Part shown: one piece after another, positions 19,959-29,902 of the stretch
How positions within the stretch are numbered: position 1 is the stretch's first letter
How the letters are laid out: each line of letters begins with the position of its first letter
Source of the DNA: Candidatus Latescibacterota bacterium
Lineage (GTDB): Bacteria; Latescibacterota; UBA2968
Reading direction: 5' to 3'
NCBI GenBank assembly: GCA_965205975.1
Contig: OZ242195.1
Span: 2,208,001-2,272,000, forward strand
DNA length: 64,000 bases
Made by a program: the position numbers and the translations under genes
Notes under the pieces: model-generated
The model's input: the letters and a program-made list of their open reading frames with translations, nothing else
What the model was told of the DNA's origin: nothing
Databases searched by the model: none

Positions 19959-20593
19959 TTCGTGCAATCTTATGGGATAACGATGGCGTGCTGGTGGATA
20001 CCGAAGGTCTGTACTTTCAGGCGGGACATGAGGTATTGGCAACACAAGGAGTTGAACTAACACATAGAGATTTTGCCGAACAATCGCTACAAAAAGGGCT
20101 GAGTGTATTCGATTTTCTGCCCGATCAAAATGCTGAATTGATCGAGCAGTTGCGCTTGAAACGCAATGCGCGGTACAGCGCGTTATTAGCCGAAGGCGTG
20201 CAGGTCGTGGATGGCGTGGTCGAAACACTCAAAACTTTCCATGGCCGCGTAAAAATGGGCATTGTAACGGGTTCCCGCAGAGATCACTTCGACATTGTCC
20301 ACGCAAAGACGGATTTGCTCCCATTCTTCGATTTTGTGCTGGCAAGAGAAGATTACCGAGAAGCAAAACCACATCCAGATGCGTATTTGACGGCCATGAG
20401 ATTGCACGGGCTACAACCCGATGACTGTGTAGTTGTGGAAGATTCTGAACGCGGATGTGTCGCGGCAGCAGCGGCTGGTTTGCGCGTGCTCGCCGTGCCA
20501 AATGCATTGTCGAAATACGGAGACTTTTCATCCGCGTACAAAATACTGAACTCAGTGCGAGATGTCGTAGATGAAATAGAGAAGTTGGATTGA
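19955..20593 (+). CDS. HAD superfamily phosphatase
   Basis: DNDGVLVDTE, KPHPD, VVEDSERG. Confidence 0.9.
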   Translation: MIRAILWDNDGVLVDTEGLYFQAGHEVLATQGVELTHRDFAEQSLQKGLSVFDFLPDQNAELIEQLRLKRNARYSALLAEGVQVVDGVVETLKTFHGRVKMGIVTGSRRDHFDIVHAKTDLLPFFDFVLAREDYREAKPHPDAYLTAMRLHGLQPDDCVVVEDSERGCVAAAAAGLRVLAVPNALSKYGDFSSAYKILNSVRDVVDEIEKLD

Positions 20594-20632
20594 GTCTATT
20601 TTTCTGTTCATAACAAACAAAATGAGGAATGT

Positions 20633-22708
20633 GTGATGAGTGAATTAAAAAACAATCCCCTGCTGGTCAAAGAGGGATTGCCGCGGTACGACAAAATTGA
20701 GCCAGAGCACATTGTACCGGGCGTAAAACATATGCTATCAGAAGCAGAGAAACAGATTGCGGCATTGGAGCAAAACATGACCCCATCGTGGAATGGGTTG
20801 CTTGCTCCCCTCGAAGAACTCGACGTCCCCTTTTCTTATGCCTGGGGACCAGTGGGCCATTTGCTCAGCGTAAAAAATTCCGATGACTTGCGCGAAGCAC
20901 ACGAGGTAGTCCTGCAAGACGTCGTGGCATTTGGTCTGCGCGTACAACAGAGCCGTCCCATTTACGAAGGCCTGGTGGCAATTCGAGACGGCGAGGAATG
21001 GGCGAAGTTAGATGAGGCTCAAAAGCGATGTATCGAGCTGAAAATTCGCACAGCCGAACACGCCGGAGTGGGATTAGAGGGCACAGCAAAGGAACGCTTT
21101 AATGAAATCGCCAAAAAATTGTCGCAAATCAGCACAGATTTTTCCAACCATGTGCTGGATGCGACCAAAGCTTATGAACTAATTATTGAAAATAAAAAAG
21201 ATACGGAAGGCTGGCCGAATAGTTTGCGACAAGTGACCGCGCAATCTTATGCACAGGCCAATGAAGGCAGCGAAGCCACACCGGAAAATGGCCCCTGGCG
21301 TATTACACTGGATTTCCCGAGCTTTTATCCCTTTATGCAACACCATCGCAGGCGCGACCACCGCGAACAAGTGTACAAAGCTTATGTCCAGCGTGCATCC
21401 TCTGGCGAATGGGACAACAGCGACTTGATAGCGCGCACCTTAAAATTGCGCAAAGAGCAATCCGCACTCCTGGGTTTTGCGACCTATGCGGACAGGAGCC
21501 TGAATGTCAAAATGGCCCCCGATGTGGCATCTGTCGAGCGCATGATCGGCGAATTGCAAGCGGCTTCGCAGCCCCATAGCGAAAAGGATTTCGGCGCGCT
21601 GGAAGCACTGGCAAAGGCAAATGGTCAGGAAGAACCAGTCATGCACTGGGATACATCCTTCTGGTCAGAGCGGTTGCGTGAGCAAAAATTCGATTATACC
21701 GACGACCAGTTGCGCCCTTATTTTCCACTTCCCAAAGTACTCGATGGCATGTTTGCATTGGCAGAACGCCTTTTTGATATTGAGATCGCGCGAGCAGATG
21801 ATGAAGACGCGCACAAATGGCATGAAGATGTGCAGTTCTTCAAAGTGCTCCGTGATGACGAGCGCATAGCATCGTTTTATCTGGACCCCTATTCGCGTCC
21901 GGCTGAAAAGCGCGGTGGCGCGTGGATGAACGACTGTCTGGGACGGCGATGGCTCAACGGCGAACTTCGCTTGCCCGTAGTACACCTCGTGTGCAACGGC
22001 ACGCCACCTGTGGGAGACACGCCATCGCTGATGAGTTTTTCAGAAGTGGAAACCCTGTTCCACGAGTTTGGACACGGGTTGCAGGGCATGTTGACAACCG
22101 TTGATTACGCCGATGTAGCGGGCTTGCACGGCGTGGAATGGGATGCCGTAGAGATTGCCAGCCAGTTCATGGAAAACTGGTGCTACCAAAAGCCCACACT
22201 GATTGGAATGACCGCACACGTAGAAACGGGTGAGCCTTTGCCAGATGATCTATTTAAAAAAATCGTCGCCGCACGCACATTTCAGGCGGGATCTTTGATG
22301 ATGCGCCAGTTGTCCTTCGGAAAAACGGACATGCTGCTGCATTCCACCTACGATCCAGATGGCGAAGAAACGGCTTTTGATGTAGAGCGCAGGATAACCG
22401 AAGAAATGTCCGTATTGCCCCCCCTACCAGAAAGCCGCTTCTTGTGCTCATTCTCCCATATTTTCGCCGGAGGCTATGCCGCCGGGTATTACAGCTACAA
22501 GTGGTCAGAAGTACTGAGCGCAGATGCATTCGGCGCGTTTGAAGAGGCCGGACTGGATGACGAAGAAGCCGTAAAAGCAACCGGACGCAAATTCCGCGAC
22601 ACAATTCTCGCCCTGGGTGGCAGCAAACACCCCATGGATGTGTACCGAGAATTTCGCGGGCGCGAACCGAGCACAGAAGCGTTGCTGCGACACAATGGCC
22701 TGTTGTAA
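20633..22708 (+). CDS. prlC: oligopeptidase A (M3 family)
   Basis: KRGGAWM, TLFHEFGHGL, WDAVE..SQFMENW, FSHIFAGGYAAGYYSYKW. Confidence 0.93.
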   Translation: MMSELKNNPLLVKEGLPRYDKIEPEHIVPGVKHMLSEAEKQIAALEQNMTPSWNGLLAPLEELDVPFSYAWGPVGHLLSVKNSDDLREAHEVVLQDVVAFGLRVQQSRPIYEGLVAIRDGEEWAKLDEAQKRCIELKIRTAEHAGVGLEGTAKERFNEIAKKLSQISTDFSNHVLDATKAYELIIENKKDTEGWPNSLRQVTAQSYAQANEGSEATPENGPWRITLDFPSFYPFMQHHRRRDHREQVYKAYVQRASSGEWDNSDLIARTLKLRKEQSALLGFATYADRSLNVKMAPDVASVERMIGELQAASQPHSEKDFGALEALAKANGQEEPVMHWDTSFWSERLREQKFDYTDDQLRPYFPLPKVLDGMFALAERLFDIEIARADDEDAHKWHEDVQFFKVLRDDERIASFYLDPYSRPAEKRGGAWMNDCLGRRWLNGELRLPVVHLVCNGTPPVGDTPSLMSFSEVETLFHEFGHGLQGMLTTVDYADVAGLHGVEWDAVEIASQFMENWCYQKPTLIGMTAHVETGEPLPDDLFKKIVAARTFQAGSLMMRQLSFGKTDMLLHSTYDPDGEETAFDVERRITEEMSVLPPLPESRFLCSFSHIFAGGYAAGYYSYKWSEVLSADAFGAFEEAGLDDEEAVKATGRKFRDTILALGGSKHPMDVYREFRGREPSTEALLRHNGLL

Positions 22709-22731
22709 AGTTAAAAATGAAGGAAATCATA

Positions 22732-24006
22732 ATGTTCGAATTCATTTACGACTGGTTACTCAGCCTGGGCACCGAACCAGAGATGGCTCAAAATTGGACC
22801 GCACCACTATTGGTGGGACTGTGCATTCTGGCACTCAGTGTGATTGCCGATTTTATCGTAAAGCGCATAGCTCTGCGAACGCTAAAGTACGTAATAGAAA
22901 AAACGACAACACCCTGGGACGATGCATTTGTGGAGCATCGGGTTCTGGATCGGTTGGCACATCTGGCCCCAGCAGTGGTCATCTACCTTTTGGCCGATTT
23001 GCCATTTGCGGGAATGACAGAAGCAGACCGGGATTATTGCGTAGCAATTGTTCGGGATGCCGTGCAGATTTTTGTCGTAATCATCAGCATCTGGGTGGTT
23101 GCGGCATTTCTCAATGCCGCGCTATCTGTTTATCAGACATTTGAGATCTCCCGCGAAGTCCCCGGCAGGGGTTTTGTGCAGGTCTTGAAAATACTGACGT
23201 ATTTTGTAGGCGGCATTTTGATTTTGTCAATTTTGTTAGATCGCAATCCCGTATATTTCCTGAGCGGATTGGGTGCATTGATGGCCGTGTTTTTGCTGAT
23301 ATTCAAAGACGCCATCCTGGGACTGGTCGCGGGCATACAACTGAGTGCAAATAAAATGGTCGCCGTTGGCGATTGGATTGAAATGCCGAAATACGGCGCA
23401 GATGGAGATGTCATTGAAGTGGCATTGACCACCGTAAAAGTGCAAAATTGGGATAAAACAATCTCTACGATCCCGGCGTATGCATTGATCAGCGAATCGT
23501 TTAAGAACTGGCGCGGCATGCAGGAATCGGGTGGCCGTCGGATCAAGCGATCAATTTTAATCGATATTCAAACAATCAAATTTTGCGACGAAGAGATGTT
23601 GACGCGATTTTCAAAAATCAAATACATCGCTGCCTATATCGAACACAAGAAAGACGAACTCGCAAAATTCAACCAGCAGCAAGAGGTAGATGAGTCGAGC
23701 CTGGTAAATGGACGGCGCATGACCAACGTGGGCACATTTCGGGCATACATCGTCGCGTATTTGAAAAATCATCCAAAAGTCAACCTGGACATGACGTTTT
23801 TAGTGCGACAACTGCCGCCACAAGAACACGGCTTGCCAATAGAAATTTACGTTTTCTGCAGCGATACGGTATGGGCGAACTACGAAGCGATTCAGGCGGA
23901 TATTTTCGACCACATCCTATCCGTAGTACCCGAATTTGACCTCAGTGTATTCCAGGCACCAACAGGACATGATTTTAAGCACCTCGCTGAAAAAAATGAA
24001 AACTAA
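22732..24006 (+). CDS. MscS-family mechanosensitive channel (YbdG-like)
   Basis: FKDAILGLVAGIQL, GDWIEMPKYGADGDV, VKVQNWDKT, NWRGM.ESGGRRIKR, TNVGTFR. Confidence 0.9.
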   Translation: MFEFIYDWLLSLGTEPEMAQNWTAPLLVGLCILALSVIADFIVKRIALRTLKYVIEKTTTPWDDAFVEHRVLDRLAHLAPAVVIYLLADLPFAGMTEADRDYCVAIVRDAVQIFVVIISIWVVAAFLNAALSVYQTFEISREVPGRGFVQVLKILTYFVGGILILSILLDRNPVYFLSGLGALMAVFLLIFKDAILGLVAGIQLSANKMVAVGDWIEMPKYGADGDVIEVALTTVKVQNWDKTISTIPAYALISESFKNWRGMQESGGRRIKRSILIDIQTIKFCDEEMLTRFSKIKYIAAYIEHKKDELAKFNQQQEVDESSLVNGRRMTNVGTFRAYIVAYLKNHPKVNLDMTFLVRQLPPQEHGLPIEIYVFCSDTVWANYEAIQADIFDHILSVVPEFDLSVFQAPTGHDFKHLAEKNEN

Positions 24007-24018
24007 CTCACTTGTCTT

Positions 24019-25164
24019 ATGTCAGACCAACTCAAAAAACGCAATCGCGAACTCTCAATCCTCAACGCGATTGCCCATGCACTCAACCAATCCGTCAATC
24101 TCGATCAAGCCCTCGAAACGGCACTTGAAAAAGTAGCCGCACTGCTCGGCTTGAGCACGGGTTGGATCTGGCTCATGCACGAAGACACACACCAACCCTA
24201 TCTGGCTGCCGCGCAAAACCTGCCCCCCGTACTGCGCGACAACCCCAGTAAAATGGGCGGCTGGTGCTATTGTCTGGACACGTACGAAAAAGGCGACTTG
24301 AAGGGTGCGGCAAACGTGAATGTCGTGGCCTGTAGCCGCCTGAAAGGACTTGTAGAAGGCACAGATGGCTTGCAGTATCACGCGAGTATCCCGCTGTACG
24401 CGCAAGACAAAAAAGTGGGCGTATTAAATGTGGGCAGTGTCAAATGGCGAGAACTCTCGGATGAAGACCTCCGCTTGCTCAACACAGTGGGCGACTTGAT
24501 GAGCATTGCAATAGAACGCGCGCGTCTATACGAAAAAAGTATTGAAACTGGTGCAGTAGATGAGCGTTTCAGACTCGCGCGGGAATTACACGACACCCTG
24601 GGACAGAATCTGGTGGCTATCTTAATGCGTCTGGAAACTCTGGATGCCTTGCTCGACGGCAATACAGATCGCAAAATCCTGTCCAAAACCGTGCGCGATG
24701 CCATAGCTCTGGCGCGCGATAACCTGGAAGATGCGCGTCGGGCAGTGCTGGATTTGCGCGCTGCCCCACTTGAAAATCGCACATTGATTGAAGCGCTGGA
24801 AACTCTGGGACAAAATATTGGCGGCGCAGCGCGTGTACGCGTAAAAAGTATTGGCGAACATCCCCTATCCGTCAGAATAGAAGCGAGCTTATACCGCATG
24901 GCACAAGAGGCGTTGAACAACATCGCGCAGCATGCAGATGCCCAAAAAGTCCTCATCGAACTGACGTCAACACCTCAATACGTCCAACTCGCAGTCGAAG
25001 ACGACGGTCGCGGATTTGATCCGGCAAATGTGCGAGAAGATCGACACGGCCTCATTGGCCTGAATGAGCGGGCGCATTTGCTGGGCGGTTTATTCGCAAT
25101 TGAAAGCGCGCCCGACCACGGCACGCGTTTGGAAATCCACATCCCCCTGGAGCGCGAGATATGA
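24019..25164 (+). CDS. GAF-domain sensor histidine kinase (HisKA_3)
   Basis: GAF with CYC...C; ER.RLARELHDTLGQ; QEALNN..QHA; DDGRGF; GL.GL.ER. Confidence 0.9.
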   Translation: MSDQLKKRNRELSILNAIAHALNQSVNLDQALETALEKVAALLGLSTGWIWLMHEDTHQPYLAAAQNLPPVLRDNPSKMGGWCYCLDTYEKGDLKGAANVNVVACSRLKGLVEGTDGLQYHASIPLYAQDKKVGVLNVGSVKWRELSDEDLRLLNTVGDLMSIAIERARLYEKSIETGAVDERFRLARELHDTLGQNLVAILMRLETLDALLDGNTDRKILSKTVRDAIALARDNLEDARRAVLDLRAAPLENRTLIEALETLGQNIGGAARVRVKSIGEHPLSVRIEASLYRMAQEALNNIAQHADAQKVLIELTSTPQYVQLAVEDDGRGFDPANVREDRHGLIGLNERAHLLGGLFAIESAPDHGTRLEIHIPLEREI

Positions 25165-25781
25165 GCACCCCCATTCGCATTGTCGTTGCAGACGATCATC
25201 CCGTTGTGCGCGATGGCCTGATTGCCATGCTACAGACCCAATCCGATTTTGAGGTCATAGGAGAAGCTGGCGATGGCGCAGAAGCCTTGCACATGGCCGC
25301 CGAACGCACCCCCGATGTGCTATTGCTCGATCTGGAAATGCCGCGCGTAGATGGTATAGAGACGCTCCAGCGACTGGGAGAACTGGGAAGCAACGTGCGG
25401 GTAATCGTATTTACAGTCTTTGATACGGACGAGCGCATCGTATCGGCAATGCGGGCTGGCGCAAAAGGCTATTTGCTCAAAGGCGCACCCCGAGATGATG
25501 TGTTTCGCGCCGTGCGCGTTGTGAACGAAGGCGGGTCCCTGCTCGAACCCCTCATCGCTTCCAAGCTATTGGACAGCGTGAACAACCCCGATGCATTGAC
25601 CGCACGACAAAAAGAAGTGCTACACCTGTTGGCAACGGGGCTATTGAACAAAGAAATCGCCGACCAACTCAACATTTCCGAACGCACGGTAAAATTTCAC
25701 GTCAGCGAAATCCTGGGCAAACTCGGCGCAGGCAACCGCACAGAAGCCGCTGCAATTGCGATGCAGAGAGGACTGATATAG
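25161..25781 (+). CDS. NarL/LuxR family response regulator
   Basis: ADDHPVVR, LLDLEMP, GYLLK, LTARQ.EVL...GL.NKEIA..L.ISERTVK.H. Confidence 0.93.
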   Translation: MSTPIRIVVADDHPVVRDGLIAMLQTQSDFEVIGEAGDGAEALHMAAERTPDVLLLDLEMPRVDGIETLQRLGELGSNVRVIVFTVFDTDERIVSAMRAGAKGYLLKGAPRDDVFRAVRVVNEGGSLLEPLIASKLLDSVNNPDALTARQKEVLHLLATGLLNKEIADQLNISERTVKFHVSEILGKLGAGNRTEAAAIAMQRGLI

Positions 25782-25929
25782 AACTGATAATTAATATTAG
25801 AGATAGAACTTGCTCCTCTTTTCGCTTCAGGAACGCTACCGAGACCCGGAGTATCAGAGACGGTTTTCGGATTGCCCGGTCTTTTTAGTCCCTGATTCTT
25901 TAATTTTTTGTCTTCAAAAGGAGAGAGAC

Positions 25930-26974
25930 ATGGTCAGATTGATAGTCATATCCACACTTATGATAGCAACGGTAGCTTCTGCCAACCCCCCAGATACTTC
26001 AGTACATAGAACCCGAAGAAAACGATGACGAAAACTTCAAAAAATGGACCTATTCGGTGATACGCCCGTTTAAAAAGGATTCATTGATCGTTCTGCTTGA
26101 GATACCCGAATGCACATACGTTAGCCTTAAGTCTCCTAATTCAGCTACACTGCAACAGGAGCGATTAGATGGAAACTGGTTAGAGCTCACTTTCATTGAT
26201 ACCACGGATACCACGGATACCACGGATACCACGGAAAAATCAAAAAAACAAAAATTTACCTTCGAAGTCATAGATTTGCGAAGTATGACAATGGATGGCA
26301 AAATCAAATGGACTACCAAAAACCCTAAAGGCAAAGGGAGAATATATGGTCCAACGGTTCTGTACGATCCCAGTTTGATTCGTTTTATCTTTACAGTGGG
26401 TATTAGCTATAAATACGACGATTTCGTCAACTTCAAGACTTATAACAACGTCTTGTTGGTCAAGAATGACAGTAGATTGCGGCCTTCAGCTGTCATCGGC
26501 TTCTTGATAAAGCTCTTCGACTTTCAAATGAAAGGGAAGAAGACAGTTGACCTCCTGCTATCATTCGAATTCGCCCAGGATACCTCAAACATCTTGGATG
26601 GTTTTTTTAGCGGCGTCGGACTTGGTTTGAATCGATACTTCGAAATCTTTGGCGGGTTCTCGTTCCGCACCGGGCAAGAAATAAGCTTTGGATTTAGGCA
26701 AGCAGCAAAACAACTCTCGGAGGAAATAGAAGCACTACCAAGCACGACAGATGAAAACAAAAGGATTCAGTTGGATTTCGCCCGCTTCAAAAATGAAACC
26801 GACGAATACTTTGAAACCGACAAGTACTATGATGGATTATCAACCATCAGTCCCATAACTAAGGAAACATTTTTTCCTGGCTCGCCTCTGACCAACAGCA
26901 CGAATAAGGCCATAGTATTCGGGATCGCAATGCCCTTAGATATTTTAGATATAATTCGAAATAAGAACCAATAG
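25930..26974 (+). pseudogene. secreted hypothetical protein split by a +1 frameshift
   Basis: Signal-peptide ORF MVRLIVISTLMIATVASANP joins the 26057-26974 frame if one C is removed from the C6 run at 25986-25991. Confidence 0.6.
26198..26233 (+). repeat. 9-bp tandem repeat (GATACCACG)x4 encoding DTT x4
   Basis: Four exact units read directly. Confidence 0.95.
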
Positions 26975-26977
26975 GAA

Positions 26978-27214
26978 TTGGGAATCGAGCGACACCCAAT
27001 ATCGGGAAATTACTTTATCATAGCTGCTCGTCAGGGAGCTATCGCGGAGATTACGCCGGGTGGCCGGGTCGTTGCAGTCAGAGAGTTTCCTGCCCAGTGG
27101 CATCGTCAGGCTGAAGGTATTACCTTCGCTGCGGACGGCACGCTAATAATTGCCGATGAAGGCGCGGGGAAGAGAGCGAGACTAACCCTTTATCCGGTCT
27201 CGGATAGTCAATAA
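26978..27214 (+). pseudogene. C-terminal fragment of an SdiA-regulated/YjiK-like beta-propeller protein
   Basis: GI..HP.SG..FII...QAEGITF..DG.L.IADEG pattern; no N-terminal part and no convincing RBS. Confidence 0.55.
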
Positions 27215-27263
27215 CAACAGTATAAACCCAACCTGCATCCATAACTAAAAAACAGGACACGCA

Positions 27264-28751
27264 ATGGCACATTCAAAACCCAACCTGCTATACATCCACT
27301 CCGACCAGCACGACCCTTATGTGACGGGCTGTTACGGCGACAAAGTCGTACAAACCCCCCATCTCGACAGCCTCGCGGCAAATGGCGTTGTATTTGAAAA
27401 CTGCTATTGCCCCTCGCCGATATGCGTGCCCTCGCGCATGTCCATGTTATCGGGACGCTATCCCTTTGAAAACGAAGTATGGACAAACTCCCATAGTCTC
27501 AACTCGAGCATTCCCACATTTGCCCATGCAATGGGCGCAGGCGGTTACGACCCCGTGCTCGTCGGACGCATGCATTCCAATGGACCGGATCAGCTACACG
27601 GATACGCCCAGCGCCTCGTAGGCGACCACGGGCCCAATCATCCCGGTGGCGGCGGCGTCAACCACGGAATGCTCTCGGGCACAGCGGGTCCTGCCCGCGT
27701 CAGCCTGACGAAATCGGGTATCGGGCAAAGCGCGTATCAGGTACACGACGAAGACGTAACCGCAGCAACCGTTGCATACCTCGACCGTCTGGGCGTAAAA
27801 AAACGCGCGGGACAACCTTCAGAGCCTTTCTCTCTAACCGTTGGGTATATGCTCCCCCACCAGCCATTTGTCGCGCGCCGCGCCGACTACGAACGCTACG
27901 ATGGCCGCGTACCGCCCCCCACTATCTCTGTCCCTTTCTCAGATGACCTGCATCCCCACATCAAATCCTGGCGAGAACGCTGCGGTATTAAAACCGTCAC
28001 AGAAGCCGAAATCCACCGCGCGCGCACCGCATACTGGGCACTCGTTGACCGCATGGATTACATGATCGGACAGATCCTCACAGCCCTCCGCCAAAACGAT
28101 TTAATCGATAATACCCTCGTCATTTACATGTCAGACCACGGCGAACAAGCCGGCGAACACGGCCTGTGGTGGAAACAAACCTTCTACGAACACTCAGTCA
28201 AAGTACCCGCCATCCTCTCCTGGCCCGGTCACCTGCCCGAAGGCACGCGCTTTGACAACGTCATCTCTTCTCTCGACCTCAACGCCACCATGATCGACGC
28301 CCTGCAATGTCCCGAACTCCCCCACTCTCGCGGGCGTTCACTCCTGCCCCTTATGCGCGGCGAAAACACATCCTGGGACAACCTCGCCTTCTCCGAATTT
28401 TGTCAGGACAGAGCGGGAGGAGGAGGCCCCTTCTCCGCCGAAGGCGTGTACCAGCGCATGATTCGGCAGGACGAATGGAAATTCAATTACTACCACAATC
28501 AACCCTGCCAACTCTTCAACCTGAAAGAAGACCCCAACGAATTGCACGATCGCGCAAATGACCCGTCCTGTCAAAGCCTGATCAAAAATTTCACCACCCG
28601 CATCCTCAATGGCTGGGATCCCGACGCCATCGCATCCCAACTCGCCGCCCGCAACAGAGACTCCCGCATCCTCTCGGCATGGGCACGCCACACCAAACCC
28701 GCAGATACGATCCGCTGGGACTTGCGCCCCGAAATGGATTATCTGGAATAG
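27264..28751 (+). CDS. Cys-type sulfatase (choline-sulfatase-like)
   Basis: PNLLYIHSDQH, CVPSR (CxPxR), SDHGE, LFNLKEDPNE. Confidence 0.92.
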   Translation: MAHSKPNLLYIHSDQHDPYVTGCYGDKVVQTPHLDSLAANGVVFENCYCPSPICVPSRMSMLSGRYPFENEVWTNSHSLNSSIPTFAHAMGAGGYDPVLVGRMHSNGPDQLHGYAQRLVGDHGPNHPGGGGVNHGMLSGTAGPARVSLTKSGIGQSAYQVHDEDVTAATVAYLDRLGVKKRAGQPSEPFSLTVGYMLPHQPFVARRADYERYDGRVPPPTISVPFSDDLHPHIKSWRERCGIKTVTEAEIHRARTAYWALVDRMDYMIGQILTALRQNDLIDNTLVIYMSDHGEQAGEHGLWWKQTFYEHSVKVPAILSWPGHLPEGTRFDNVISSLDLNATMIDALQCPELPHSRGRSLLPLMRGENTSWDNLAFSEFCQDRAGGGGPFSAEGVYQRMIRQDEWKFNYYHNQPCQLFNLKEDPNELHDRANDPSCQSLIKNFTTRILNGWDPDAIASQLAARNRDSRILSAWARHTKPADTIRWDLRPEMDYLE

Positions 28752-28759
28752 CGGTGCCT

Positions 28760-29902
28760 ATGAAAACCGAATTCACCAGACTCGATTTGGCCTGTTGGGG
28801 CGGGTTTATGATGTTCGCCACCAGCGGTGTCGTCACCCCAATATGCCTGCCTGAAATATCCAGAGCCCTATCCATCTCCCTCTCTGAAAGCGGCGGTCTG
28901 GAAACCGCGCGAACATGTCTCTTGCTCGTCGTCTTAATCCTGTCCGGCATCCTCGCGCGCAAATGGGGCAAAAAACATTTTGTGACCTATGGGCAATATC
29001 TCCTCGCCATCGGCCTCCTCATGATCAGCTATGCCGACAGCTATCCCATGCTCATCCTGTCCCTCATGGTCACTGGCATTGGCGGTGGATTCACCGAAGC
29101 CCTCATCAATCCCCTCGTCATCGACATTCACCCCAAAGACTCGGGCAAATACCTCAACATCACCAACGCCTTTTATCCCATCGGCGTCCTGGTCTCCGCG
29201 CTCCTCTTTGGCGAACTCCTGACCCTTGGATATTCCTGGCGGCTCGTGTTTCGCATTGCCGCAGCGGGCGCGCTTTTCATGGGCATCTCGTTCCACCTGT
29301 CGCGTTTTCCCATCCCCGTAACAGATCAGCAATCATCCAAACACCTGATTGCACAAATTCTCAAAACCCCCAAATTCTGGCTCTTTGCCATCGCCATATT
29401 TTTGGGCGCAGGTATCGAAGCGGCATTCACATTCTGGAGCCGCAGCTATGTGGAAACCTACCTCCAGGACATGCCCCGCGCTGGCGCAATCGCAGTTGTC
29501 CTCTTTGCGATCACAATGGCACTGGGCCGCTTGCTCTCCGCAAAATTGTCCCAGATGATCAGCCTGAAAACCCTTATGCTCGGTTCCGCCATCCTCGGTG
29601 TTGTCGTCAGCAGCGGCATACCCTTCTCCGAAAACCTGATCGGATTTTACATCCTGCTCCTTTTCGCTGGATTTGCAACCGCCTGCTTCTGGCCCACCAT
29701 ACTCGCCGAAGCAGCGGCACACTTGTCCTTTGACACCACCATGCTCTTTGTAATACTCGCCTGCTTTGGCATCGCCGGATTTGGCCTCATCCCCTGGATC
29801 ATGGGTGTTATCGGAGACGCCGCTGACCTGAAAGCGGGCTTCTCTATTATCCCCGGTCTCTTTGTCGGCTTAATCGTAGTAATCGCCATCACAAAGCGTT
29901 AA
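28760..29902 (+). CDS. MFS transporter
   Basis: About 12 hydrophobic segments, SG.LARKWGKK loop motif, GRLL. Confidence 0.85.
   Translation: MKTEFTRLDLACWGGFMMFATSGVVTPICLPEISRALSISLSESGGLETARTCLLLVVLILSGILARKWGKKHFVTYGQYLLAIGLLMISYADSYPMLILSLMVTGIGGGFTEALINPLVIDIHPKDSGKYLNITNAFYPIGVLVSALLFGELLTLGYSWRLVFRIAAAGALFMGISFHLSRFPIPVTDQQSSKHLIAQILKTPKFWLFAIAIFLGAGIEAAFTFWSRSYVETYLQDMPRAGAIAVVLFAITMALGRLLSAKLSQMISLKTLMLGSAILGVVVSSGIPFSENLIGFYILLLFAGFATACFWPTILAEAAAHLSFDTTMLFVILACFGIAGFGLIPWIMGVIGDAADLKAGFSIIPGLFVGLIVVIAITKR

Noticed and set aside
27224..27288. Local 13-bp duplication AAACCCAACCTGC at the sulfatase start
   Set aside because: Possibly an insertion scar, but no matching left boundary was found.
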